Positions 46,514 through 56,403 of a stretch of DNA of 64,000 nucleotides are shown here, piece by piece. The DNA comes from an uncultured Thermoleophilia bacterium. GTDB taxonomy: Bacteria > Actinomycetota > Thermoleophilia > UBA2241. How positions within the stretch are numbered: the stretch's first letter is position 1; every line of letters starts with the position of its first letter. The notes under the pieces are model-generated. The model saw only the letters and a list, made by a program, of their open reading frames with translations. It did not search any database and was not told the origin of the DNA. The stretch spans positions 358,937 to 422,936 of the forward strand of contig CAVYDV010000008.1 in assembly GCA_963767505.1 (NCBI GenBank), written 5' to 3'. Made by a program: the position numbers and the translations under genes.

Positions 46514-47275
46514 ACCAGGTCGTGGCCATCGCCATGAACACATTCCGCGAGACGATCCGCGACAGAGTTCTCGCGGTCATCGTGGTGTTCGCCCTGCTGA
46601 TGATCGCCGGCGGCCTCTGGCTGGGCAGCATCAGCCTCGGCGAGCAGGGACGCATGATCATCGACTTCGGGTCTGGTCGCAGTCACGGGCTTCGGGCTCA
46701 TCGTGGCGGTGTTCGTGGCCGCCAGCCTGGTGCACAAGGAAGTCGAGAAGCGCACCGTGTTCGTGCTTTTCTCCAAGCCGGTGAGCCGTGCAGCGTTCAT
46801 CGCCGGCAAGTTCCTCGGCCTCTGCGGCACGATGGCCGTTGTGCTCACCGGCATGGGGCTGTTCCTCTTCGCGCTCGTCTGGCTGGTCGCCGGGCAGGCC
46901 TCGGGCATGGTGCTCCTCGCCGTGCTCATGATCTACGTGCAGCTTCTCGCCGTCGTCGCAGTCACGGTCTTCTTCTCGACCCTGGGCTCGGCTATCCTAG
47001 CGGCCGTGCTCGGCATCTGCGTGTTCGTGGCCGGGCAGCTCAGCCACAACGTCCTTTCTCTGACGCGCCTCGGCGACAATCCCGTCACCGAGGCCCTCTC
47101 CTGGGTGGTCTACGTCATCATCCCCAACTTCTCGGCGGTCGACGTGAAGGCCGGCGCCGTCGGGGAGCAGACGCTCGCCTGGGGGCAGATCGGGCTGTGG
47201 GCGGCGTACCTGCTCGCCTACATCGTCGTCGCCCTGGCGCTGGCTACCGTCGTCTTTCGCCGCAAGGAGTTCTGA
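46510..47275 (+). CDS. ABC-2 family transporter permease (PilI-like position); one frame break (~46670)
   Basis: ATGA overlap with the ATPase gene. [20 protein letters not shown].. and about six hydrophobic segments. Confidence 0.75.
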
Positions 47276-47277
47276 GC

Positions 47278-48021
47278 GTGTTTCGACGAGTGGTCGCCAT
47301 CATCGTGGTCGCGGCGTGTGCCGCAGGAGTGCTGGCCTACCAGGCGACGCGGCCTGCAAAGGCTCCGGCGGAGCCGCGGGTGTTCGTTCCTCCACCGCAG
47401 GTCTTTCTCGACTTCTCGCCGAGCTTCCGCACGTCGATCGCCGACGTCTACTATCTGAACATGGTTCAGTACTACGGCGAGCACGTCAATGGAGACGGGC
47501 GCCTCGACTCACTGCCTCAGATGGTCGACCTCGTCACGGAGCTGAGTCCACACTTCACGCGGCCGTACCGCTTCGGGGCCTTCGGCCTGGTCGACGCCGG
47601 GCAACCAGGAGCCAGCTACGAGATGCTCGAACGCGGCTTCGCCGCGAACCCCGACGACTGGCGATTCCCGTCATACCTCGGGTACTTCACCTACACATAT
47701 GCCAGCAACAAGGACAAGGACCGCATCGCCGCGGACTGGTACTCGAAGGCTGCCGCGATGCCGGGGAGCCCCGACTACCTCAAACGGCTCGCTGCGGTGC
47801 TTCACGGCAAGGGTGGAGAGACGCAGAAGGCCGTCCTGATGTGGGGGCAGGTCTACGCCGACGGCGACAAGTACTCCCGCCAGAAGGCCGTCGACGGTCT
47901 CGACCGCATCCTGCCGAAGGGCAAGCAGGCCCGGATGAAGGCCCTGGCTCCGCTCGTCGACACCATGCCCGAGGACGAGCTGAACCAACTCATCGCCGAG
48001 CTCTTCGCGGGGTACGAGTGA
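47278..48021 (+). CDS. Hypothetical membrane-anchored protein (247 aa), third gene of the ABC module
   Basis: GTG 47278 lies 2 nt after the permease stop. N-terminal TM helix ([17 protein letters not shown]), then a helical/aromatic-rich domain (..[12 protein letters not shown].., ..[27 protein letters not shown]..). Intact. Confidence 0.6.
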   Translation: MFRRVVAIIVVAACAAGVLAYQATRPAKAPAEPRVFVPPPQVFLDFSPSFRTSIADVYYLNMVQYYGEHVNGDGRLDSLPQMVDLVTELSPHFTRPYRFGAFGLVDAGQPGASYEMLERGFAANPDDWRFPSYLGYFTYTYASNKDKDRIAADWYSKAAAMPGSPDYLKRLAAVLHGKGGETQKAVLMWGQVYADGDKYSRQKAVDGLDRILPKGKQARMKALAPLVDTMPEDELNQLIAELFAGYE

Positions 48022-48046
48022 GTCGCGCGCTGACCATGGTCCGCCC

Positions 48047-48824
48047 GTGACGGCCTCCCTCGTGGTCATCGCCGTCCTCTTCGGCCTCCTCATCGGCAGC
48101 TTCCTCAACGCCTGGGCTTGGCGACTCGCTCATGAGGAGAAAATCAGCAGCGGCCGCTCTGCATGCCCGAAGTGCCACCATCAGATCCGCGCCTACGACA
48201 ACATCCCTGTGATGAGCTGGCTCATCCTCCGAGGGCGCTGCCGAGACTGCGGGACGTCGATCAGCTGGCGCTACCCGGTGGGGGAGGGGGTGACTGCCGT
48301 CTTGTTCGGTAGCCGTCGCCGCCTTCGATGGCCTGAGCTGGCTGCTCGTCCCGCATCTGATCTTCGTCTCGGTGATGATCCTCATCAGCCAAGTGGACCT
48401 GGAGACGATGATCATCCCCGACGTCGTGATCCTCCCGGCGGCGCTCATCGGCCTTCCATTGATGATCGCCCTGGGTGACGGCCCTTGGTGGGAGTGGCCG
48501 CTGGCCGGGCTCGCTGCCGCGGGCGCGCTCTGGCTGATCGGCGAAGCCTACTACCGGCTGAGACATGTCGAGGGTCTGGGATTCGGCGACGTCAAGCTGG
48601 CACTCTGCATGGGCGTGTACCTCGGCGCCGCCGTGGTCCCTGCCGTCTTCATCGGCTTCATCAGCGGCGCCCTTATCGGAGTCGCTGTGATAGGCGTGCG
48701 CAAGGCCGGCGCGAAGACCGCCGTTCCCTTCGGACCATTCCTGGCTGCCGGCGCAATAGTCGCCCTGTTCGCCGGCCAGTGGCTCATCGACGCGTACCTC
48801 GGTCTCGCCTTCCCCGATCGCTGA
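48047..48824 (+). CDS. pilD: Prepilin peptidase (A24 family) PilD; one frame break (~48305)
   Basis: N-terminal Cys pairs CPKCHH..CRDCG, then ..ISQVDLETMIIPD.. and GLGFGDVKL (the two catalytic Asp contexts). Confidence 0.85.
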
Positions 48825-48966
48825 GCAGGCGGTACGTCATCCGGGTGACCACTCCGTCACCCTCGTGACCTTCCGCCTGCTCGGCTAGGCTGGCTGCGTT
48901 CTCCCCCCGGGTCGACACGAGGCATCCTCCCGGCCTCGTTCGACCCCCTCCCGCCGGAGGTGAGGA

Positions 48967-49419
48967 ATGCGCCAGCAGAGAGGCTCCACCCTGTTCGAGC
49001 TCATGACCGTGCTCGCCGTCGGCGGGCTCCTGGCGGGCATCGCGATCCCTGGGGTCGGCGCAGCGCGGCGCACGCTGGCCGGCGATGCGGGGGCGCGAAT
49101 GCTCGCGCTCGTTCTGCGCGCCGCGCAGTCCCGAGCCCAGGCGCACGCAACGACAGTGACGGTGGCGATAGCGGGCGACGGCGCCTACACAGTGCACGAG
49201 GCGCAGACTGGCGCCGGGCCCTCGAGTGGGCCCGCGCTCGTCGCCTCCGGTGGGCTGGGGGCGGATGTCGGAAGCAACTACCCGTCCGCCGTCGTCGAGT
49301 TCGGTCCGCGGGGATGGCCCCGCCTGCCCGGCTACGGGAGTCCGCGAGCCGGCACCTTCACCGTGGGCGGCGACAACCGGGTCGTCCTGCAGCTGGGCGG
49401 CTGCATCCGATGCAGATGA
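48967..49419 (+). CDS. Minor pilin / pseudopilin (GspH/FimT-like)
   Basis: MRQQRG|STLFELMTVLAVGGLLAGIAIP prepilin N-terminus. RBS GGAGGTGAGGA. Intact 150 aa. Confidence 0.75.
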   Translation: MRQQRGSTLFELMTVLAVGGLLAGIAIPGVGAARRTLAGDAGARMLALVLRAAQSRAQAHATTVTVAIAGDGAYTVHEAQTGAGPSSGPALVASGGLGADVGSNYPSAVVEFGPRGWPRLPGYGSPRAGTFTVGGDNRVVLQLGGCIRCR

Positions 49420-50013
49420 GCAGTTCGGGCAGAGGGTTCTCGCTCATCGAAGCCATAGTCGCCGTCGCCGTTCTGCTCGCCACCTGCCTCGCGGTGAGCG
49501 CCAGTCTGGCGGTGGCGCTCCAGGCGGATCGGCAAGTCGAGAGGCGCGACACGCTGGAGGGGATCCTGGGGTCCGAAAGCGCGCGTCTGGCTTCCCTGCC
49601 CTTCCGCCGGACGACGGCGCCACCTGTCGCGGGCGTGGCGTGGAGCCCAGACCCGCGCTCGCTGCTCGGCGAGGTCTTTCCGCACGCAGACGCAGGGCAC
49701 GACGGCGACGGCTCCTACCACGTCGAGGGCGGCGTCGGCGTGTTCGTCGCGAGCCGTACCACTGAAGGCTTCGAGATATTCAGCGAGGCGCGCTTCGTGC
49801 GACGCAAGCCACGCAGGGTGGGTACCCGTGCCCGCGGCGTCCTTGCAGGGTTGGAGCGTCTGGGGTACTCAGCCTCTCCCTGCGGCGACGGTGGAACTGC
49901 GCCTCACGGCGTCGCGAGGCTCCGCCACTGCGTCCGCTCAGATGATCCTCGGCGCGCTGCGAACCAGAGTCAGCCCTATAGCGTCTGCTCTCGGAGGCTC
50001 TCGTGAGGGCTAG
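49410..50013 (+). CDS. Minor pilin (PilV-like); possible frame break ~49815
   Basis: MQMSSSGRG|FSLIEAIVAVAVLL. The C-terminus looks more protein-like in the +1 frame (..VELRLTASRGSATASAQMILGAL..). The start overlaps the previous stop. Confidence 0.65.
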
Positions 50014-50581
50014 GCTGATCGCCCGTCGGCCCTGCGCGTCCCGTCCGATCGGGGGAGTCCCCAGCCAGGGCGGAGCGACGCTCACGGAACTGCTTGTGGC
50101 TCTTTCCCTGTCGGCGGTCGCGCTCGCTGCCGCCTGGCCATGGCTCTGGAACGTCGCCGAGGTCGCTCGTGCCGCGGACGCCAGAGCCCAGGCCGCGACG
50201 TCATCTGCCTTCGCCACGCGCAGCATCGCAGCCGATCTCGAGTGCGCTACGGCACTGCTCGCCCCGCCACCTGGCGCGTCGCCAGAGCGCTGTCTCCAGC
50301 TGACGCATGCTCACCCTGGCCAGACGCGTGAGACGGTCCTCATTGCCTGGAGCGCGCCACGGCGAGTTCTGTGGCGCAAGACGACGGCGACATACCTCGC
50401 CGACAACGTCGAGTCATTCACGATCACGTACTTCGACCACCACGGCGAACCCTTGGCGCCAATCGACTTGGCCCAGCCGGCGTGGCCTGACACGGTCAGC
50501 AGAGTGCGCATCAGGGTCGGCGTGTCAACGCCCTTGGGATCCTCCAGCGCCGCTTGCGACGTGGTACTGCGCGCCCGATGA
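50003..50581 (+). CDS. Minor pilin (PilW/GspJ-like)
   Basis: ..SQGG|ATLTELLVALSLSAVALAAAW prepilin-type N-terminus. Intact 192 aa. Confidence 0.7.
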   Translation: MRARLIARRPCASRPIGGVPSQGGATLTELLVALSLSAVALAAAWPWLWNVAEVARAADARAQAATSSAFATRSIAADLECATALLAPPPGASPERCLQLTHAHPGQTRETVLIAWSAPRRVLWRKTTATYLADNVESFTITYFDHHGEPLAPIDLAQPAWPDTVSRVRIRVGVSTPLGSSSAACDVVLRAR

Positions 50582-51718
50582 AGGGCCCCCGACGCGCAGA
50601 CGGCTACGCTCTTGTTGCCGCATTGGTGATCATCGCTCTGGCGGGCACGCTAGCAGCGCTCTGCATTGCTGCCGCCTCCGCGCAGCAGGAGATATCGGGC
50701 GTAGACCGTCAGGCAGCCGCCGCCACGGCAGCGATCAATGAGGGACTCGACGACGTCTGTGGCCAGCTCCGCTGGATTCCGCAGACTCGCTCCGGCACTC
50801 GACGATCGGCGCCAGGGACGGGCAGCCGTTGGGCCGCCACCTGGCGCCCAGCGATCCCCGCGGCTGCAGGGACGCCAAGGCTCACGCTCGACCTCACATC
50901 GATGGATGCTCGCGCCCAGCGCAGCCTTCAGGCGATCGTCGAGCTTCGCCCGGAGCTCGTCTCGCAGGGCGTAGTGGTCTCGGGTGACGTGGATCTCCGG
51001 GCCCCGACCACTATCAGCGGGAGCGGCGTCTACACAGGCGGCTGCCTGCGAGGGCGCCAATGGCTGCGGTTCACAAGCGGTGACCTTGCGGCCCGTCTGC
51101 CCCCGCGCGCGACGAGGTGCATCCGGAGATGTGGTCGATGGCCGGCGTCCGCGCTATGGGCGGCATCTGGGCAGACGGCAATGAGATTCACGCTCCGGGA
51201 GAGGCCTCCGCATGGACGGACGACACTGACACGCACACGCCCGAAGACGGCCTTGCCGACCTCACGCGCGCCTTCGACCAGGACCTGCTCTGCGCGCTGA
51301 GTGAGCAGGCCATCCCTCCCGGTGATGCTCTGATCGACGGCGTCCTCGATCTGGCGCGTCTGCCCGCCCGCCCAGCGAACGGCGGCGTCGAGGCCATCGT
51401 CGTACTTCGTACGACCCGTGGCCGACGCGACGCTCCTCATCGTTGGCGCGCGCAGCGCTGCGGATTGTCCACTCGTGCTGATCGTCGACGGCGACGCGTG
51501 CTTCGGGCTTCCCGACTCGCCACCGATCTTCGCGCGGGGCGCACTCGTGGTCGCCGGAGGACTTCGAAGTCAGGGGGCCCACTCGCTATGCCGGCCACGT
51601 CCACGCCCAACAGCTTCTGATCGATGCGCCGACGCACTTCGAGGTGCCCCGCGACTGGCGAGAGCGCCCTCTCCCGGGCCTCACTGAGCCCGTCATCGTC
51701 GCGCTTTCCGGATCATGA
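50578..51718 (+). CDS. PilX-N-like large minor-pilin/tip-associated protein; ~3 frame breaks
   Basis: MKGPRRADGYALVAALVIIALAGTLAAL has a hydrophobic N-terminus without Glu+5, as in PilX/GspK. The coding signal follows frames 1 > 0 (~51105) > 1 (~51415) > 2 (~51570), ending at TGA 51716-51718. Confidence 0.55.
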
Positions 51719-51829
51719 CCCTCAGACGCAGGAGGCCGGACGAATGCTCTGTACCTCGTTTACCCAGTATGAGAGACTTGTGCCATGTGCAGGGAAGGTG
51801 CCGAAAGCAGCTCGGCGAACTCTGCGTCT

Positions 51830-51857
51830 AAAGGTATCCGTGCTGTCTGCCGACAAC
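51830..51857 (+). promoter_or_regulatory. Candidate sigma-28-type promoter TAAAG-N15-GCCGACAA upstream of pilM
   Basis: TAAA at 51830-51833, a 16-nt spacer, then GCCGACAA at 51850-51857 (7/8 to GCCGATAA). It lies 36 nt upstream of the pilM ATG, which has RBS GAAGGGG. Confidence 0.5.
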
Positions 51858-51892
51858 GCCGCCAGAGCGGCGATGTGAGTGAAGGGGCTGGA

Positions 51893-52996
51893 ATGGGGAA
51901 GAGTGGACCGCGCGTCGGGATCGACTTGGAGCAGTCCTCGATCGCCGGGGCGCAGGTGAACGGCTCGCGGCAGGGGCATGCATTGACTCATGCTGCCGTC
52001 CGATCCCTCCCACCGGGATTGATGTTCGAGGGCGAGGTCGTCGACGTAGAGGGTCTCGCCGCGGAACTCAAGTCCTTCTGGAAGGCGAGCGGCTTCAGCG
52101 GCAAGAGGTTCGCCCTCGGAGTCGCGAACCAGAAGGTCGTGGTCCGCACCATGGACTTCCCGATCATGGACGAGAAGGAGTTGCGCGCCGCGATCGAGTT
52201 CCAGGCCCAGGAGGCCATTCCCATCCCGCTCGCTGACGCCATCCTCGACTTCGAGGTACTGACGACAAGCTCTGGTCCAGACGGCGGCGGCTCCCAGAAG
52301 GTGCTGATCGTCGCGGCGCAACGAGAGATGGTCGAGCAGTTCGTAGAGGCAGCGCGAAAGGCCGGACTCACCATCGACGGACCTCGACCTGCAGGCGTTC
52401 GCCCTCATGCGGTCGATGGCTCCCCCGGTTGCGTTCGTCGATCAGGGTTCGCAATCTGCCGGAGAGGCGACGGCGCTCGTCAACATGAGCTCCAGCACCA
52501 CCAACCTCGTCGTGGCCGTCAACGAAGTACCCCAGTTCACGCGCGTCGTGAACCTCGGCTGCGAAGCGCTTCTTGAGGCGCTTGATGACCAACCGCGGCA
52601 TCAATCACGATGAGGCCGACGTCCTGCGTCTCAACGTGGGGCTCACCGGCTCGGAGCCGCCGTTCGCGGACCTCGAACAAGAGACGCTGGCCGAGGTCCA
52701 TCGGGTCCTCGACACCGCCTGCGAGGCGTTCGCCGACGAGGTGCGCAGGTCGATCGACTACTACCACTCCCAGGACAACCCCGGGCAGATCGGCGAGATC
52801 CTGCTCAGCGGCGAGGGCGCCCTGACGCGCAACATGTGCGACTACCTGGCGCAAGCGCTCCACCTGAGCGTCGCGCTCGGGAATCCCCTGCAGCATCTCA
52901 GCGAGAACAAGACGAGCATTCCCCAGAGCCGACCTTGAGGCGATCTCTCCGCGCCTCGCCGTCGCCTTGGGTCTCGGCCTGGACAGCGAGGAGTAG
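51893..52996 (+). CDS. pilM: Type IV pilus assembly protein PilM (actin-like ATPase fold); 3 frame breaks
   Basis: ..RVGIDLEQSSIAGAQV.., ..FALGVANQKVVVRTMDFPIMDEKELRAAIEFQAQE.., ..LVNMSSSTTNLVV.., ..ILLSGEGA.., C-terminal ..ISPRLAVALGLGL. Breaks at ~52385, ~52585 and ~52925. Confidence 0.8.
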
Positions 52997-53002
52997 GCGG
53001 CC

Positions 53003-53665
53003 ATGAAGCGTTTCAACCTTCTGCCTCCCGAACAGCGCGTCAAGGCGTCGCGCGATCGAGGAATGCTGTATGCCATCTTGGGCCTCGTCGTGCTCGTGCT
53101 GGCCCTCGGCGCCGTCTATCTCCAGCAGAACAGCGTGGTCAACGACCGACAGGCCGAACTCGATCGACTCAACGCCGAGAACCAGATCGTCCAGGCGCAG
53201 CTTGCGGAACTCCAGCCATACGCCGACATCCACAACCTGCGCACGGCCATGACTGAGACCGCCGTGAACATCTACGACGCGCGTGTGCCCTGGTCCAACA
53301 TCGTCGAAGAGGTCAGTCTAGTGATTCCTGAGAACGTTCGCCTGCAGACCATGAACTGCGTCGTCCCGCCGGAGATGCTCCCGGGGCCGGCTCAGCCCGA
53401 GACGACCGCCGACACCACGCCGACCGTCGACGTCACGTTCACCGGCGATACCTACACGCACAAGGACGTGGCCGAGTTCATGACGCGCCTCGGCCTCATC
53501 CCGCAGCTCACCGACATCCAGCTCGCCAGTTCCACGGAGTCGACCGGCCCCGTCGCAGCCGCGATTTCAGGCTCGACAGTGACGTTCACCGTGAACGCCT
53601 CGCTGCGGTCCTATATCAAGTCACCGCCGACGACCACTCTGCAGACCGCGGGGGCCACACAATGA
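53003..53665 (+). CDS. pilN: Type IV pilus assembly protein PilN
   Basis: MKRFNLLPPEQR is the conserved PilN N-terminal INLLP-type motif. It is followed by a TM helix and coiled coil. Intact 220 aa. Confidence 0.85.
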   Translation: MKRFNLLPPEQRVKASRDRGMLYAILGLVVLVLALGAVYLQQNSVVNDRQAELDRLNAENQIVQAQLAELQPYADIHNLRTAMTETAVNIYDARVPWSNIVEEVSLVIPENVRLQTMNCVVPPEMLPGPAQPETTADTTPTVDVTFTGDTYTHKDVAEFMTRLGLIPQLTDIQLASSTESTGPVAAAISGSTVTFTVNASLRSYIKSPPTTTLQTAGATQ

Positions 53666-54290
53666 AGAGAGCTCGCGGCAAAGAGGTCTACATCATCACC
53701 GCCGTCGTAGCGGTCGTCATCGCGGTCGCCTGGTACTTCCTCCTGCTCAGCCCCACGCGCAGCGAGATCGCCGACGAAGACGGATGAGGTGCAGGTCGCT
53801 CAGGCGAACCTGAACACCTCACGACAGCAGGTCACTCGGCTCGAGGCCTACAAGAAGACCGCCCCCCAGTCACGCGCCGAGATCGTGCGACTCGGCAAGA
53901 TGCTGCCGGTGAGCGAGGGCATCCCCTCGCTGATCGTCGAGCTGACGAAGACCGCCTCATCATCCGGCGTCGGGCTGGTCGGCATCACGCGCGGCGAATC
54001 CTCTCCCGGTGCGCCCTTCGGCATCCAGGCGGTCAACGTCCAGGTCAGCGGCCGTTTCTTCGAGACCGAGGACTTCCTGAACCGGCTTGAGAGCTACGTG
54101 GCGTTCAACAACGCCAACTTCCGCGTGACGGGCCGGCTTCTTCAGGTGGTCAGCGTCAATATGGCCGTCCAGGCCCTTGCTGACCGAGACCTCCGCCACT
54201 TCTCCTCCGCTCACCGTGAGCATCGTCCTGAACGCGTACCTCTGGGGTGGCGGTGCGTCCACCGCGGCGAGCGCGGGAGGTGCAACGTGA
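53662..54290 (+). CDS. pilO: Type IV pilus assembly protein PilO; 2 frame breaks
   Basis: ATGA overlap with pilN. TM helix (YIITAVVAVVIAVAWYFLLL), coiled coil, then ..IPSLIVELTKTASSSGVGLVGIT..VQVSGRFFETEDFLNRLE... Breaks at ~53783 and ~54168. Confidence 0.75.
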
Positions 54291-55099
54291 TCAAGAACAA
54301 GCGCCGACTCGCCCTCGTGGTCATCGCGCTAGTCCTCGGCGCGGCACTGGCGCTGGCAGTGGTGCTCTCCCGAGGCGACTCATCGGAGAGCACGGAAGCC
54401 AGCCAGGCCACGCCCTCGCCGGCCGCCACGACGCCCGTGGCCGCGCAGACCACAGACGACGACCCCCTCGCCGTCGACCCGGCGAAGCAGGAGCCGCTGC
54501 TCGACAAGTTCAAGAGCAAGGACCCCTTCATCCCGCTCACCGTGGCGAGCACCGGTAGCACCGGCGCCACCACCGGCACGACGACGAATACCAGCACGAC
54601 CGGCCTGAAGGCGAAGATCACCGTGAACGGAACCGCCTCCACGGTATCCGCGGGTGATGAGGTGCCCCCAGGTGGCGCCGTCTTCACGATCTCGAGCATC
54701 ACCGCCAGCAGCGTCACGTTCAAGCTCCTCTCCGGGGTGTTCGAGAACGGTGATTCCTCTGTGACCGTGGGCGTCGGCGAGAGCGTCAAGGTCACTCAGG
54801 ACGGTGGTCCGTCCTACACACTCACGGTGGTCAGCACCGGCAGCGCGAGCAGCACCACGACGTCCACGGCATCGGGCCACTCGATCACGGTGCTGAGCAT
54901 CAACGAGAGCAACGGGACCTCCCTCGTGTCCCTCGAGATCGACAAGAAGACGTACACGGACAAGAAGACGGGGCAGACCTTCAGCACCACGTGGGGCGAG
55001 GTCAAGGTCCTGTCGATCGACCAGGCTGCCCAGACCGTGACGATCATGCATGGCGATCAGACCATCACCTTGCGAGCAGGCCAAGTGGTCGTGAAGTAG
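54287..55099 (+). CDS. Membrane-anchored Thr/Ser-rich protein in the PilP position (PilP-like, two beta-rich segments)
   Basis: GTGA overlap with pilO. TM helix (LALVVIALVLGAALALAVVL), KDPFIPL motif, T/S-rich linkers. The two segments end ..FTISSITASSVTFKLL and ..VKVLSIDQAAQTVTIMHGDQTITLRAGQ. Intact 270 aa. Confidence 0.55.
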   Translation: MIKNKRRLALVVIALVLGAALALAVVLSRGDSSESTEASQATPSPAATTPVAAQTTDDDPLAVDPAKQEPLLDKFKSKDPFIPLTVASTGSTGATTGTTTNTSTTGLKAKITVNGTASTVSAGDEVPPGGAVFTISSITASSVTFKLLSGVFENGDSSVTVGVGESVKVTQDGGPSYTLTVVSTGSASSTTTSTASGHSITVLSINESNGTSLVSLEIDKKTYTDKKTGQTFSTTWGEVKVLSIDQAAQTVTIMHGDQTITLRAGQVVVK

Positions 55100-55124
55100 A
55101 GCCCAGCCGGATCCGCAGGTACGC

Positions 55125-55150
55125 ACGGGGCGGCTGCAATGCCGCCCCGT
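55125..55150 (+). terminator. Stem-loop after the pilus cluster (10-bp perfect stem ACGGGGCGGC/GCCGCCCCGT); candidate terminator
   Basis: Read directly 26 nt after stop 55099, followed by CCTGTTCC. Confidence 0.55.
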
Positions 55151-55235
55151 CCTGTTCCGGTCCCCGCTCCGTTGCCAGCGGACTAGGCCTCCGGCCCGTC
55201 TTCCCACGGGCACCCGGTCTCGATAGGGTAGTGCC

Positions 55236-56403
55236 ATGAGCAGACTACGATTCCTCACAGCGGGCGAGTCGCACGGCGCCCAGCTCACAGCGATCGTCGA
55301 GGGATGCCCGGCCGGACTCGACGTGGACGTCGCCGATATCGATCGCGATCTGGCCCGTCGACAGCAGGGCTACGGCCGGGGCGGGCGCATGGCCATCGAG
55401 AGGGACCGGGTCACGCTGCTCGGGGGTGTGCGCTACGGCCGCACGACCGGGGCGCCGATCGCCATGGCGATCGCCAATCGTGACGCAGGCAATTGGGGAT
55501 CGACGCTGGCGATCGCCCGCCCCGACGACGACGCCGAATCGGGCGGCGCCGGTGCGCGTGCCACGTCCGGGGCACGCCGATCTCGGTGGAGCGCTGCTCT
55601 ACGACCTCGACGACATCCGCGACGTGATCGAGCGAGCCAGCGCCCGGGAGACAGCCGCGAAGGTCGCCTGCGGCGCAGTGGCGCGACTGCTGCTACGGCG
55701 GATCGGCTGTAGCGTCGTCAGCCATGTCGTCGCGATAGGTGGGGAGCATGCCGGCGAGCGGCTCGAGACGGACGATCTCGAACGCGTCGAGGCCGACCCC
55801 GTGCGTTGCGCGGATCCCGCCGCCAGCGCCAGGATGTGCGTCTCGATCGACGAGGCCGCCGCTGCCGGGGACACGCTGGGCGGCGTCGTTGAGATCCTTG
55901 CCGTCGGGTATCCGCCGGGCGTCGGGAGCTACGTCCACGGCGACCGCCGGCTCCAATCACGGCTGGCGGCAGCGGTACTCACCATCCCGGCGATCAGAGG
56001 GGTGGAGTTCGGGCTCGGCTTCGCTGCCGCGAAGCTCCCCGGCAGCGCGGTGCACGACCCGCTGGGCCACGAAGCGGAGTGCGGCTACACACGGAGCACG
56101 AACAACGCCGGCGGCATCGAGGGCGGGATGTCCACCGGCGACGATATCGTCCTGCGCGCTGCGATGAAGCCGATCGCGACGCTTCGGAGTCCGCTGCAGA
56201 GCGTCGAGCTCGGAACGCATCGATCCGTGGAATCGCGCTTCGAGCGGTCGGACGTATGTGCGGTGCCCGCCGCCGGGGTCGTAGCCGAGGCCGTCGTCTC
56301 CCTGGCGCTCGCCGATGCGGCGCTCGAGCGCTTCGGCGGCGCGACGGTCGCCGAGCTCGAGGCGGCTGCCGCCCGCCACCGCGAGCACTGTCGGCGCCGG
56401 TGA
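55236..56403 (+). CDS. aroC: Chorismate synthase; one frame break (~55540)
   Basis: MSRLRFLTAGESHG.., GYGRGGRM | ..RPGHADL..ERASARETA.., ..NNAGGIEGGMSTG... Confidence 0.85.

Noticed and set aside
45637-48021. 794-aa ORF spanning the ABC transporter region
   Set aside because: It is a composite. It is in frame with a short piece of the ATPase gene, out of frame (Arg-rich) across most of it, then in frame with the start of the permease and with the 47278-48021 gene. It is not a single protein.
54287-55099. Could the last gene of the pilus cluster be a PilQ secretin?
   Set aside because: At 270 aa it is far too short, it has a single N-terminal TM anchor and it shows no secretin-like C-terminal domain. 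I call it PilP-like instead.
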